From positions 1 to 64,000 of IMG/VR virus record IMGVR_UViG_3300045581_000334: a DNA stretch of 64,000 bases. One strand, given 5' to 3'. The translations under genes and the position numbers were made by a program. This DNA is from a virus. The notes beneath the pieces are model-generated. The model was not told the DNA's origin, did not search any database, and saw only the letters and a program-made list of their open reading frames with translations. Positions 50,429-58,927 of the stretch are shown piece by piece (position 1 is the stretch's first letter; each line of letters starts with the position of its first letter).

Positions 50429-51052
50429 TTATATCTTATAGACTAATGCTTGTCCAGTAGGTAATTCTAAAATATTATCTACTCCAAAGAAATCATTCAT
50501 TGCTTTTCGTGCTCCTGGGGTTTTATCTGATCCATAATCGTCACATATCAATACCCCGCCTTTAATTAGTCTTGGCCAAAAATATTCTATAGAATTTTTG
50601 GTGGGGTCATATAAATCAACATCTATATTAACATAGGAATATTGTTCATCATTAAGTTTATCAAATACCTCTGGGATCCAGCCTTTATATAAATCTACAT
50701 TATCAAAGTTTTTTAATATTTTCTCTGCAAATGATATACTTATAGATAATTTTTTAGACTTAAAATAATCGCTATCATATTCACCAGGTTCTGAGACACC
50801 CTCAAAAGAATCTACCCCTATGAATTTGTTTTTACAAAGATCCGCTACAAAAAACATAGACATTCCAGCATAAACACCGCACTCAGCAAAATTTCCTTTG
50901 TCTTTTTGCTGAGTGGCTAGTTGTCTTAATATGTATAATCTGGCATATAAAGAATTATTAATTTCATTATTTATTCCTGCTAGAATGTTAAATTGATTAA
51001 ACAATGAAACAAACTTAGCATCTTGTTGCCAAGATGAGATATATGAATCCAC
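50429..51052 (-). CDS. TylF/MycF-type SAM-dependent O-methyltransferase
   Basis: ECGVY.G, DSFEG, KGW, IDVDLY, GG.LI.DDY. Confidence 0.88.
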   Translation of the reverse strand: MDSYISSWQQDAKFVSLFNQFNILAGINNEINNSLYARLYILRQLATQQKDKGNFAECGVYAGMSMFFVADLCKNKFIGVDSFEGVSEPGEYDSDYFKSKKLSISISFAEKILKNFDNVDLYKGWIPEVFDKLNDEQYSYVNIDVDLYDPTKNSIEYFWPRLIKGGVLICDDYGSDKTPGARKAMNDFFGVDNILELPTGQALVYKI

Positions 51053-51053
51053 G

Positions 51054-52532
51054 TTACGAAATTACTAAATAATTTCCAACTAGGAACCAAGCATGTGGGG
51101 CTGTTCTAATTTCATAAACATCTCCCTCATCAAGTATTTCAATCTTTTCAACTGGAACATATGAAACCTTTCCAGAGTTGCTATCAATATTTACAAGAAT
51201 ATCTCCTACAACAATATCTTTAGGTTCTTTAGTACCAATTCCAACTTCATTTTTAATAAAGATTGGCTGATATGGTGAGAATAAATTTTCACCATCATTT
51301 AATTTAATTAACTGCTTTTGGCTTAACTCGCTCTTAACAACTTCTGTTTCAATAAATTCAACATTATCAGATATTGACACGTTGTTTAGTGTATCAGAAT
51401 TTGTTAAATAACTTGGGTCAACTGTAAGCAAAATATCTCCTACCTTAATGTCTTCAGCATTAACATATCCATTGCTGGTAAGGATTTTAGATTTTGCATA
51501 GACACACTTATATCCCTTAGAGAAAGTTGGGAAGTATGGTGGGAAGAATGGGAAGAATGGGAAGTACGGGAAGAAAGGTGGGAAGAATGGGAAGAATGGG
51601 AAGTACGGGAAGAACGGTGGGAAGAATGGGAAGAATGGGAAGTACGGGAAGAACGGTGGGAAGAATGGGAAGAATGGGAAGTACGGGAAGAACGGTGGGA
51701 AGAATGGGAAGAATGGGAAGAATGGGAAGAACGGTGGGAAGAATGGGAAGAATGGGAAGAACGGGAAGAACGGTGGGAAGAATGGTGGGAAGAACGGGAA
51801 GAACGGTGGGAAGAATGGGAAGAACGGTGGGAAGAATGGTGGGAAGAACGGTGGGAAGAACGGGAAAAACGGTGGGAAGAACGGTGGGAAGAACGGTGGG
51901 AAGAACGGTGGAAAGAACGGTGGGAAGAACGGAGCTAAAGTTGTTATGCTGCTAGTTGTTGCTCCAGCAGAAGGCCCATTAGCGTTTGTTGCGGTAACAG
52001 TATAAGTTTGCGAAGTTCCTGCGGTATCTGAAATTACTACTGATGTTGCTGAGGCTGACAAGTCTCCTGAAGAAGATCCATCGCTACCAGTAACATTGTG
52101 TTTAGTTATTGCTTTTCCTCCGTTTGCCCCAATAGTCCAGCTAATTGTATTTTGATTAATTCCAGCTGTAGCAGTAACTGATTGTGGAGACTGAGGAACT
52201 GTAGTAATTGGAACAGATGAACTTGTTGTAGGAGAAGAAGATCCAGCATTATTTGATGCAACTACGGTGAATGTATAACTACCTGCAGATAAGCCAGTAA
52301 ATGTATAAGATGTATTAGTGGTTGTTTGGCTTGATGATGCAGGAGTTGTAGTAATTGTATAAAGAGTTGCTGGTGGAGATGCTGCTGGCAAAGACCAGCT
52401 TAAAGAAGCGGCTCCATTTCCGTATGGTCTACCTGTTCCTACGTCGGAAGCAGATAATCCAGTTACAGCATTTGGCTCTAAGAAATTATCTTGAGCTGAA
52501 GACTTTCTTCCTCTTCTTTTACTTGATGCCAT
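51054..52532 (-). CDS. FN3-FN3-(Pro/Phe repeat)-Hint domain protein (PF protein 2)
   Basis: Two FN3-like units, a 137-aa PF tract, then CVYAKSKILTSNG..IKVGD...VYEI....WFLVGNYLV (Hint blocks A, F and G-like). Confidence 0.8.
   Translation of the reverse strand: MASSKRRGRKSSAQDNFLEPNAVTGLSASDVGTGRPYGNGAASLSWSLPAASPPATLYTITTTPASSSQTTTNTSYTFTGLSAGSYTFTVVASNNAGSSSPTTSSSVPITTVPQSPQSVTATAGINQNTISWTIGANGGKAITKHNVTGSDGSSSGDLSASATSVVISDTAGTSQTYTVTATNANGPSAGATTSSITTLAPFFPPFFPPFFPPFFPPFFPPFFPFFPPFFPPFFPPFFPFFPPFFPFFPPFFPPFFPFFPFFPFFPPFFPFFPFFPFFPPFFPYFPFFPFFPPFFPYFPFFPFFPPFFPYFPFFPFFPPFFPYFPFFPFFPPYFPTFSKGYKCVYAKSKILTSNGYVNAEDIKVGDILLTVDPSYLTNSDTLNNVSISDNVEFIETEVVKSELSQKQLIKLNDGENLFSPYQPIFIKNEVGIGTKEPKDIVVGDILVNIDSNSGKVSYVPVEKIEILDEGDVYEIRTAPHAWFLVGNYLVIS
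51522..51932 (-). repeat. Coding tandem repeat (PPFF/PFF/PYF)n, 137 aa, with a higher-order 39-bp unit PYFPFFPFFPPFF
   Basis: Direct reading of the sequence. Confidence 0.97.
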
Positions 52533-52558
52533 CTTCTTCTCCTTTTATATTAATTCTA

Positions 52559-55500
52559 TTAGGCTGACAAATCTCCAGCTAGCAACCAAGTATTTGTTGC
52601 TACTTTTGTTAATGTTGCCGATGAATAAGTTGTTCTTAACTTTAGCCCTGGTGTAGCTAGAATTGAAACTGTACCGTCTGCGGCTGCAAAACTTGCACCC
52701 GTTCCTGCAGATTGATAAAAATCAATTGAAGTTCCTACTGGGTAGGCTGTTGTTGAATTTGTTGGTACTGTTATTACATATGTTCCAGATACTGGTATTA
52801 ATTGATCTCTTAATGAGAGTCCTCCAGTTGACAAATTGTATGCTGCTGAAATTGTTGTACCAATTGTAGTAAGTGAAGGAACGCCTTGTTTTGTCTGAGT
52901 TCCATCAGTAAATACTACGCCTGCAACTTCAACGTTATTTACTGCAAGATTGTCTAGAGATCCCTGTCCAAAATTTACAGTTGTTGCTGGCTCATCTGCT
53001 ACATCCTTGAAAATCTTCCACTTGGAATCAGAAACGTCTCTTACAATACCTGCGTGTTTTGCTGTGCCGTCTGTATATGCTACAACAAGACCAAGGTCTA
53101 CGGTATTTGCCGCATTTTGATGAGCAAGCTGAACCATGTTATCTTCAATAACAATAGATGTTGAGCTTGCATTAAATGTTGTACCATTTACTGTTAAATT
53201 TCCGTCAACAGTCATATTGCCGTCAACTTCTAGGTTTCCAGTAAATGTTTGATTAGCAGCATTCTTATATGCTAATTGTGATGTATCAGAAATTCCGTGT
53301 ACTGATGTTGTTGCTGAAGTATGAGATGTTACAGTAGAAGAAGCAGCCTTAGCATCAATCTGTGTTTGTACTGCTGAGGTTACTCCATCTAAATATCCTA
53401 TTTCAGTTGAGCTAACATTTCCAACAGATGTTGTGGACGGAAGTACTACCGTACCAGTAAATGTTGGAGAAGCGATTGGTGCATAAGTTGAAGCAGCTGT
53501 TGCTGATGCAAGCTTAGTGTCAATCTGTGCCTGAATTCCAGAAGTCACTCCATCTAGATATCCAATTTCTGTTGAGCTAACATTTCCAATTGCTGTGGTG
53601 CCAGGAAGTGTTACCGTACCAGTAAATGTTGGGCCAGAAGAAGGAGCCTTGGATCCAAGATCTGATACCAGGTTGGCAATCTTAGACTGTTCAATTTCTG
53701 CTGAAGCATTAATATCAGCATTTACAATTGTTCCATTTGCAATCTTTGCAGAAGTTACTGCTCCGTCATTAATTTTTTCAGTTGTTACAGCCAAGTCATT
53801 GATCTTGGCAGTTTCTACTGCCGAAGATGCTAATTGTGCTGCAGCAACTGCTGAGTCTGCAATTTTATCAGATGTTACCGCATCATTTGCAATTTTAGCT
53901 GTTGTAACATTTAAATCTGTAATTTTTACAGTAGTTACAGAATCTGCAGCAAGTTTATCTACTGTCACAGAAGTGTCTGCAATTTTTGCTGTAGATACAG
54001 AACCTGCAGCAAGCTTATCGCTGGTTACAGATAAATCATTTATCTTTCCTGTAGTTACAGCCAAATCAACAATTTTTGCTGTAGAAACTGTATTGTCTGT
54101 TGGAGTTCTGGTATCAGACAAACGAGCATCATCTGTATACACAAGATTTGCTGTATTTGTTATACCATGTATGCTGGTTGTATCATCAGCATGTGATGTT
54201 AAAGCTGTCCCAGCAGTTGTTTCTGCAGCAGATTGAGCTGCTGATGCAGCATTATCTGCATAAGACTTGGTTGCCAAATCTGCAGTATTTGAAATACCAT
54301 GTACGCTAGTTGTGTCTGCGCTGTGATTGCTTAATTCTGTTGCTGCAACTGTGCCAACATTATCTGCATAAGCTTTTGTTGCAAGAAGAGAAGTATCTGC
54401 TATTCCGTGAACATTATAAATAGTATTATTATGTCCAGTTAAATTAGACGATGCAGTATTCCCATATCCTTCTATTAAATTATCTACATATGCTTTATTG
54501 GTAGCATGCAAAGCTCCTACTGGATCGCCGCTTAGTGTTAAAGCTCCAGTCATCGTATCCCCAGCCTTAGAAACCTTAGTTCCAATGCTGTTGCTTACAG
54601 TAGTCGCAAAACTTGGATCGTCTCCAAGTGCTGCTGCCAACTCATTAAGAGTATTTAATGCAGCTGGTGAAGAATCTACTAAATCTGCAACCTTTTGGTC
54701 AGCGTATGCCTTAGCATCCACCTCAGCTTGATCTGCGTAAGCTTCATAAGCATTAGTAATTGCTGTTTCACGACCAGCAACATAAGCTTCATAAGCAGTG
54801 GTGATTGCTGTCTCACGAGCATCAGTGTAAGCTTTAGCATCTACTTCAGCTTGATCTGCGTAAGCTTGATAAGCGGTGGTAATTAACCCTTCACGTGTAT
54901 CTGTATAAGCTTTAGCATCTCCTTCTGCCTGATCTGCATAAGCTTCATAAGCAGTGGTGATTGCTGTCTCACGAGCATCAGTGTAAGCTTTAGCATCTAC
55001 TTCAGCTTGATCTGCGTAAGCTTTTGTAGCAAGGTCAGCTGTATTTGCTATACCATGTACGTTAGTTGAATCATTTTCGTGATTCGAAAGATTTGTTGCA
55101 ACAGTTGTAAAGAATGTAGGGTCATCTCCAATTGCTGCTGCTAATTCATTTAAGGTATTTAATGCACCTGGTGCTCCATCTAGCATGGCAGTTACTGCCG
55201 CATTTACTGCGTCATTAATTGCTTGAGTTGCTGTTAGCTCTTTCCAGTTTGCATTTGTGCTTGCAGGGGTTGATTGAAGCACATATGATGTTCCATTGTC
55301 TGACTGAATTGCAATATCGCCTGGTTCAACAGTAAGGGCAAGACGAGCTGCTTGGTCTGCAACAGAATGAACTGTAATTTTTGCAAGTGGCGGCAAGTTC
55401 TGAGCTTTAATGTAGCCACTGGCATCTAATTGTGGCACTCCGTCTGGCTGGCCATAATCATCTGTAGTTAATGGTGTACCATCATTATTGACGATAGCAT

Positions 55501-55651
55501 AATCTAGATTTCTCCAGTTAGTTGAGCCATCACCAATCTTAATTCTATTTGTGTCTGTTTCAATAGCAAGCTCGCCTGCTGCTAATTGTGGATTTGCGTC
55601 ATACCAATCTTGGTACTCGCCTCGTCTAAGTTGAATTCTTACTGTTGCCAT
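52559..55651 (-). CDS. Long fibre protein with Mtd-N-like N-terminus
   Basis: IQLRRG...W...NP.LA.GE...ETDT...KIGDG...W..L; two LNTLNELAAA.GDDP.F motifs; VT..KI.D repeats; C-terminal PGLKLR..SSATL.K...N.W...GDL. Confidence 0.8.
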   Translation of the reverse strand: MATVRIQLRRGEYQDWYDANPQLAAGELAIETDTNRIKIGDGSTNWRNLDYAIVNNDGTPLTTDDYGQPDGVPQLDASGYIKAQNLPPLAKITVHSVADQAARLALTVEPGDIAIQSDNGTSYVLQSTPASTNANWKELTATQAINDAVNAAVTAMLDGAPGALNTLNELAAAIGDDPTFFTTVATNLSNHENDSTNVHGIANTADLATKAYADQAEVDAKAYTDARETAITTAYEAYADQAEGDAKAYTDTREGLITTAYQAYADQAEVDAKAYTDARETAITTAYEAYVAGRETAITNAYEAYADQAEVDAKAYADQKVADLVDSSPAALNTLNELAAALGDDPSFATTVSNSIGTKVSKAGDTMTGALTLSGDPVGALHATNKAYVDNLIEGYGNTASSNLTGHNNTIYNVHGIADTSLLATKAYADNVGTVAATELSNHSADTTSVHGISNTADLATKSYADNAASAAQSAAETTAGTALTSHADDTTSIHGITNTANLVYTDDARLSDTRTPTDNTVSTAKIVDLAVTTGKINDLSVTSDKLAAGSVSTAKIADTSVTVDKLAADSVTTVKITDLNVTTAKIANDAVTSDKIADSAVAAAQLASSAVETAKINDLAVTTEKINDGAVTSAKIANGTIVNADINASAEIEQSKIANLVSDLGSKAPSSGPTFTGTVTLPGTTAIGNVSSTEIGYLDGVTSGIQAQIDTKLASATAASTYAPIASPTFTGTVVLPSTTSVGNVSSTEIGYLDGVTSAVQTQIDAKAASSTVTSHTSATTSVHGISDTSQLAYKNAANQTFTGNLEVDGNMTVDGNLTVNGTTFNASSTSIVIEDNMVQLAHQNAANTVDLGLVVAYTDGTAKHAGIVRDVSDSKWKIFKDVADEPATTVNFGQGSLDNLAVNNVEVAGVVFTDGTQTKQGVPSLTTIGTTISAAYNLSTGGLSLRDQLIPVSGTYVITVPTNSTTAYPVGTSIDFYQSAGTGASFAAADGTVSILATPGLKLRTTYSSATLTKVATNTWLLAGDLSA
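54750..55030 (-). repeat. Intragenic direct repeats encoding AYADQAEVDAKAYTD.RE..ITTAY
   Basis: About 4 near-identical copies at DNA level. Confidence 0.85.
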
Positions 55652-55697
55652 TTTATTTTATACCCCTATATTAGAATTATACCACTTGCTTATTTTA

Positions 55698-56018
55698 CTA
55701 GGAAATGACTCCTGAATCAAACGTAAGAGCAAATGATGTACTGCTTGGGGAACCGCCATCGGCATATTTCGTAGCCTCAGTCACTACCCCGTCTCCACCA
55801 ACTGAATATATTGGTGAACCATTATAATCAATAGCCAAGCCAATATCATTGAATCCTATATCATTTGAGTCTGATATATCAATCCATTGACCATTAACCT
55901 GAATTCTTAATTTATTATTATCTGTATTAAATACTAGGGGTACTGAACCTAGTGTAACCTGTCCAGACTGGACTACTAGATTATTCTTAACCTTAAAATC
56001 TCTATTTGTTGTTGCCAC
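55698..56018 (-). CDS. Small virion/fibre adaptor-like protein
   Basis: N-terminus MATTNRDFKVKNNL resembles that of 56086..57696; C-terminal DGG motif. Confidence 0.6.
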   Translation of the reverse strand: MATTNRDFKVKNNLVVQSGQVTLGSVPLVFNTDNNKLRIQVNGQWIDISDSNDIGFNDIGLAIDYNGSPIYSVGGDGVVTEATKYADGGSPSSTSFALTFDSGVIS

Positions 56019-56042
56019 GAGTTCAATATCCCCCGAATTTTA

Positions 56043-56067
56043 GGTGGGGGATTTTGTGTCCCCCACC
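56043..56067 (-). terminator. GC-rich hairpin (terminator or RNA-stabilising element)
   Basis: GGTGGGGGA-CACAAAA-TCCCCCACC; no clear U-tract. Confidence 0.6.
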
Positions 56068-56085
56068 AATTTAATTATTTAGTTG

Positions 56086-57696
56086 TTATGCTATTAATGT
56101 TCCAGCAATTGTTACAGTGCTGTTGTTATTTAGAGTTGTTACTCTAATTCTAAAATGAGTTCCATCATGATCTGCTGTAATTGTTGACAAAGATCCGTTT
56201 GTTCCAACAACTCCATATTCTGTCATATGAACATTATTGCTTGTATCTGAAGTTACAAGGATTTCAGATAACTCTGTGTGGGTACCATTTGCAATTTTAA
56301 CGGTGAATTTACCGCTCTTATAAGCTGTATGGTTCCATTGATAAGCAGTTACTGTACTAGCTGTAGGTACAGAGACTGTGGCTGCAACATTTTTAGCAAC
56401 ACCATTAAAGTCAATTGCTGCATATACTGGTTCTGCTACTGCATTACCAGCAAGTATTGCTCCGTCTGTATAAGAATTTGCTGAAGCAACTGCATCAGAT
56501 TCTGCTTGATCTACATACTGCTTTGTAGCTGCCTCAAGAGCATTTACTGGATCTGCATGTAGTACCAGAGCGCCAGTCATTGTTCCGCCAGCTGTTGCTA
56601 GCTTAGTTGCAATGCTGTTTGCTACTGTAGTAAAGTAATTTGCATCATCATTAATTGCTGCTGCAATTTCATTTAATGTATCAAGAAGTGCTGGGGCACC
56701 ATCTACAAGAGCTGAAATTTGGCTGCTAACCCATGTCTTATCAGCAGTAACTGTTGTATCAATTGAGAATTCACCAGTTCCTGAATTGTATGATAAACCA
56801 TTACCAGCATTTACTGATCCACGAGCACGAGTATCTGTATAGTAAAGATTGGATGCACCCTCTTCAATATCATCTGTGTCTAAGGCATTTATTGCGCTAT
56901 CTGTATAAGAAGCAGCGTTTCCTTCAGCTGTAGATGCTGCGCCATATGCATCATATGTATTTGCAGATACATTAATAATTCCGTCTGCGGCATTATATGT
57001 TATTCCAGTTCCTGCAGATACTGCATTTCTTGCACGACCATTTGTAAAGTATAAATTAGATGAACCTTCTTCAATGTCATCTGAATCTAAAGCATCTACT
57101 ACTGTACTTACTGCATTATCGGCGTAGGTTTTTGTAGCAATTGTATTATCTACAGAAATTACACCTGTTGAGTTGTCATAGCTAATTCCTGTTCCGCCAG
57201 AAACTGCTTGACGAGCTCTTGTGTCAGTAAAGTATAAATTAGATGTTCCCTCTGCTAAATCATCAGTATCAGAATCTGCTACTCCGTTTTCAGCAGTAAT
57301 TGTAAGACCAGCACCAGTGCCAGTAATTGTAATATTTGTTAAGTTAGCATTTGTTAATAAATCTGCTGCAGAAGTTTTAGCACGAGCATCCGTAAAATAT
57401 TGATTTGTACCTTCTGCTAAATCACCAGTATCATGATTTGAAATATCTGAAACTGTACCTGTTACGTTACCAGTTAGATTTGCTGTAATTGTTCCAGCTG
57501 AAAAATTACCAGAACCGTCACGCTTAACAACCTTGTTAGCTTCATTTGCGGAGGTTGCGGTACCGCCAATAAGATCGATAATATAATTTTGATCATCGGT
57601 CTTCTTTGTTAATATATCAAAACCGCCTACGGTAGCGCTACTTCCTTCAACTACCAGGCCATTTTTTACTCTAAAATTTTTATTTACTGTTGCCAC
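56086..57696 (-). CDS. Fibre/decoration protein with D(T/S)xD(L/I)xEG..N(L/Q)Y(F/Y)T..RA repeats
   Basis: Four such repeats, an LDTLNEIAAAI motif, C-terminal beta domain. Confidence 0.7.
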   Translation of the reverse strand: MATVNKNFRVKNGLVVEGSSATVGGFDILTKKTDDQNYIIDLIGGTATSANEANKVVKRDGSGNFSAGTITANLTGNVTGTVSDISNHDTGDLAEGTNQYFTDARAKTSAADLLTNANLTNITITGTGAGLTITAENGVADSDTDDLAEGTSNLYFTDTRARQAVSGGTGISYDNSTGVISVDNTIATKTYADNAVSTVVDALDSDDIEEGSSNLYFTNGRARNAVSAGTGITYNAADGIINVSANTYDAYGAASTAEGNAASYTDSAINALDTDDIEEGASNLYYTDTRARGSVNAGNGLSYNSGTGEFSIDTTVTADKTWVSSQISALVDGAPALLDTLNEIAAAINDDANYFTTVANSIATKLATAGGTMTGALVLHADPVNALEAATKQYVDQAESDAVASANSYTDGAILAGNAVAEPVYAAIDFNGVAKNVAATVSVPTASTVTAYQWNHTAYKSGKFTVKIANGTHTELSEILVTSDTSNNVHMTEYGVVGTNGSLSTITADHDGTHFRIRVTTLNNNSTVTIAGTLIA

Positions 57697-57713
57697 TCTG
57701 ACAACCCCCTTAT

Positions 57714-58265
57714 TTAAGCCTTAAGCGCAGTCCGCACAAATCTGGCTGTAACAGCCGAAGTTGTGGGGGTCACGCATAAACTAATTATACCTGAATTTAC
57801 TTCAAATGTGATGTCAGCTAAACTATTTGAAGTATTTGATATGATGTTGGATTCTGATACATTAATATCAGTTCCATCATTCAATAGCAGGTAGTCAGAT
57901 GAAACATATTCACTACCTTTTGTTATTTGTAAGCTGTATTTAATTGTTCTATAAAGGCTAGCAGACCAATTATCTATAGCTGTTTTGTTTTCTATTCCAG
58001 TTATAGTTAAATCGTTATTGCCTTCCAGCCCTAATAATTCTAAAGTCGCATCTGATTGATTGTCTAAATCAAAAAGTTGTGACTCTAAAGATGATATTTT
58101 ATAGTCTAAAGATGTAGTTACATTTGAGCCATCTACTCCAACTTTAGCTTGTAATGCTTCTAACGCATCGTTTACATTTCCATGCAAAGCGGCATGGCCT
58201 GCCATGCTGTCTGTGCCTTGTGGATTATTTAAATTATCTAAACTTGCTGGAAAATTAGTTGCCAA
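57714..58265 (-). CDS. Virion structural protein
   Basis: MATNFP.SLD....H...NDA..ALQ.KVG N-terminus; C-terminal domain resembles that of 56086..57696. Confidence 0.6.
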   Translation of the reverse strand: MATNFPASLDNLNNPQGTDSMAGHAALHGNVNDALEALQAKVGVDGSNVTTSLDYKISSLESQLFDLDNQSDATLELLGLEGNNDLTITGIENKTAIDNWSASLYRTIKYSLQITKGSEYVSSDYLLLNDGTDINVSESNIISNTSNSLADITFEVNSGIISLCVTPTTSAVTARFVRTALKA

Positions 58266-58584
58266 CTTGGCCTCCGTCTAGCAACGTCAAGTTTGCAAAA
58301 CTTGGATCGCTATATACTGAATCTGGATCACCGCCATCAAGTCCAATTATAACAGGAATTGTTTCATCTACAGACTCAATGTTGTTGATATCATATGTAA
58401 AATTAATTGTTTCTTGTATATCTATAGTATGAACGTCTCCGTCATAACTATGGGTATGCATGTAAAATGGAGCAGGCTGTTTGTCCATAGACAGCTCCCA
58501 AACTTGCCCGTTCCATTTCCATGAAACATTGCCACTTGTATGCTTTTGGTTAAGTGTTGGATTTAAAGGAAAAATTGTGGGCAT
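58255..58584 (-). CDS. Small virion protein
   Basis: FP.NP..NQ......W.WNG..W N-terminus; two LDGG motifs. Confidence 0.6.
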   Translation of the reverse strand: MPTIFPLNPTLNQKHTSGNVSWKWNGQVWELSMDKQPAPFYMHTHSYDGDVHTIDIQETINFTYDINNIESVDETIPVIIGLDGGDPDSVYSDPSFANLTLLDGGQVGN

Positions 58585-58611
58585 CTTCTAATTATACCTC
58601 TAAATATATTA

Positions 58612-58899
58612 TTACCACTTATTAAGTGGACATTTTGCATCTTTTAATTTAGTTTTTAAAAACATAAAGCATCCACATTGCTTACAGGTAGATGTTTCTT
58701 TTATTAATTCAGGGCAAGAAAGGCATGTATTAAATCTTTGTGACGACTCTTCTTCTGAAGATGTAGAAACTGATGGGTCAACTTTATGCCAGGGCATACC
58801 GTAATTATTAGATAAATTTAAAGCCTCTAAATCTTTTTCTATTTCATCAGGCTTTTTAGGCTCTAAAAAATACTCAGATAGATCTATACTGTTTTCCAT
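58612..58899 (-). CDS. Cys-rich metal-binding protein (DUF6171-like)
   Basis: R...C..CP......C.QCGCFM..K......CP..KW. Confidence 0.75.
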   Translation of the reverse strand: MENSIDLSEYFLEPKKPDEIEKDLEALNLSNNYGMPWHKVDPSVSTSSEEESSQRFNTCLSCPELIKETSTCKQCGCFMFLKTKLKDAKCPLNKW

Positions 58900-58927
58900 A
58901 ATTAAATTATATCATTCTGTAATATGT

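Noticed and set aside
38299-51052. Island as a DNA hypermodification cluster
   Set aside because: Not excluded, but the oxygenases resemble P4H rather than TET/JBP or AlkB, and no thymidylate-synthase-like, DNA glycosyltransferase or deazaguanine genes are visible.
51054-51506. Mobile self-splicing intein
   Set aside because: No C-extein, no terminal His-Asn and no homing endonuclease; treated as a C-terminal Hint domain.
51527-51955. Plus-strand ORFs of GRMGRTV repeats (also 6731..6916 and 59146..59553)
   Set aside because: Antisense shadows of the PF tracts. The repeat lacks stops, there is no RBS or promoter, and all real genes are on the minus strand.
52559-55651. Diversity-generating retroelement suggested by the Mtd-N-like domain
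   Set aside because: No reverse transcriptase and no TR/VR pair with adenine-specific mismatches was seen in this window.
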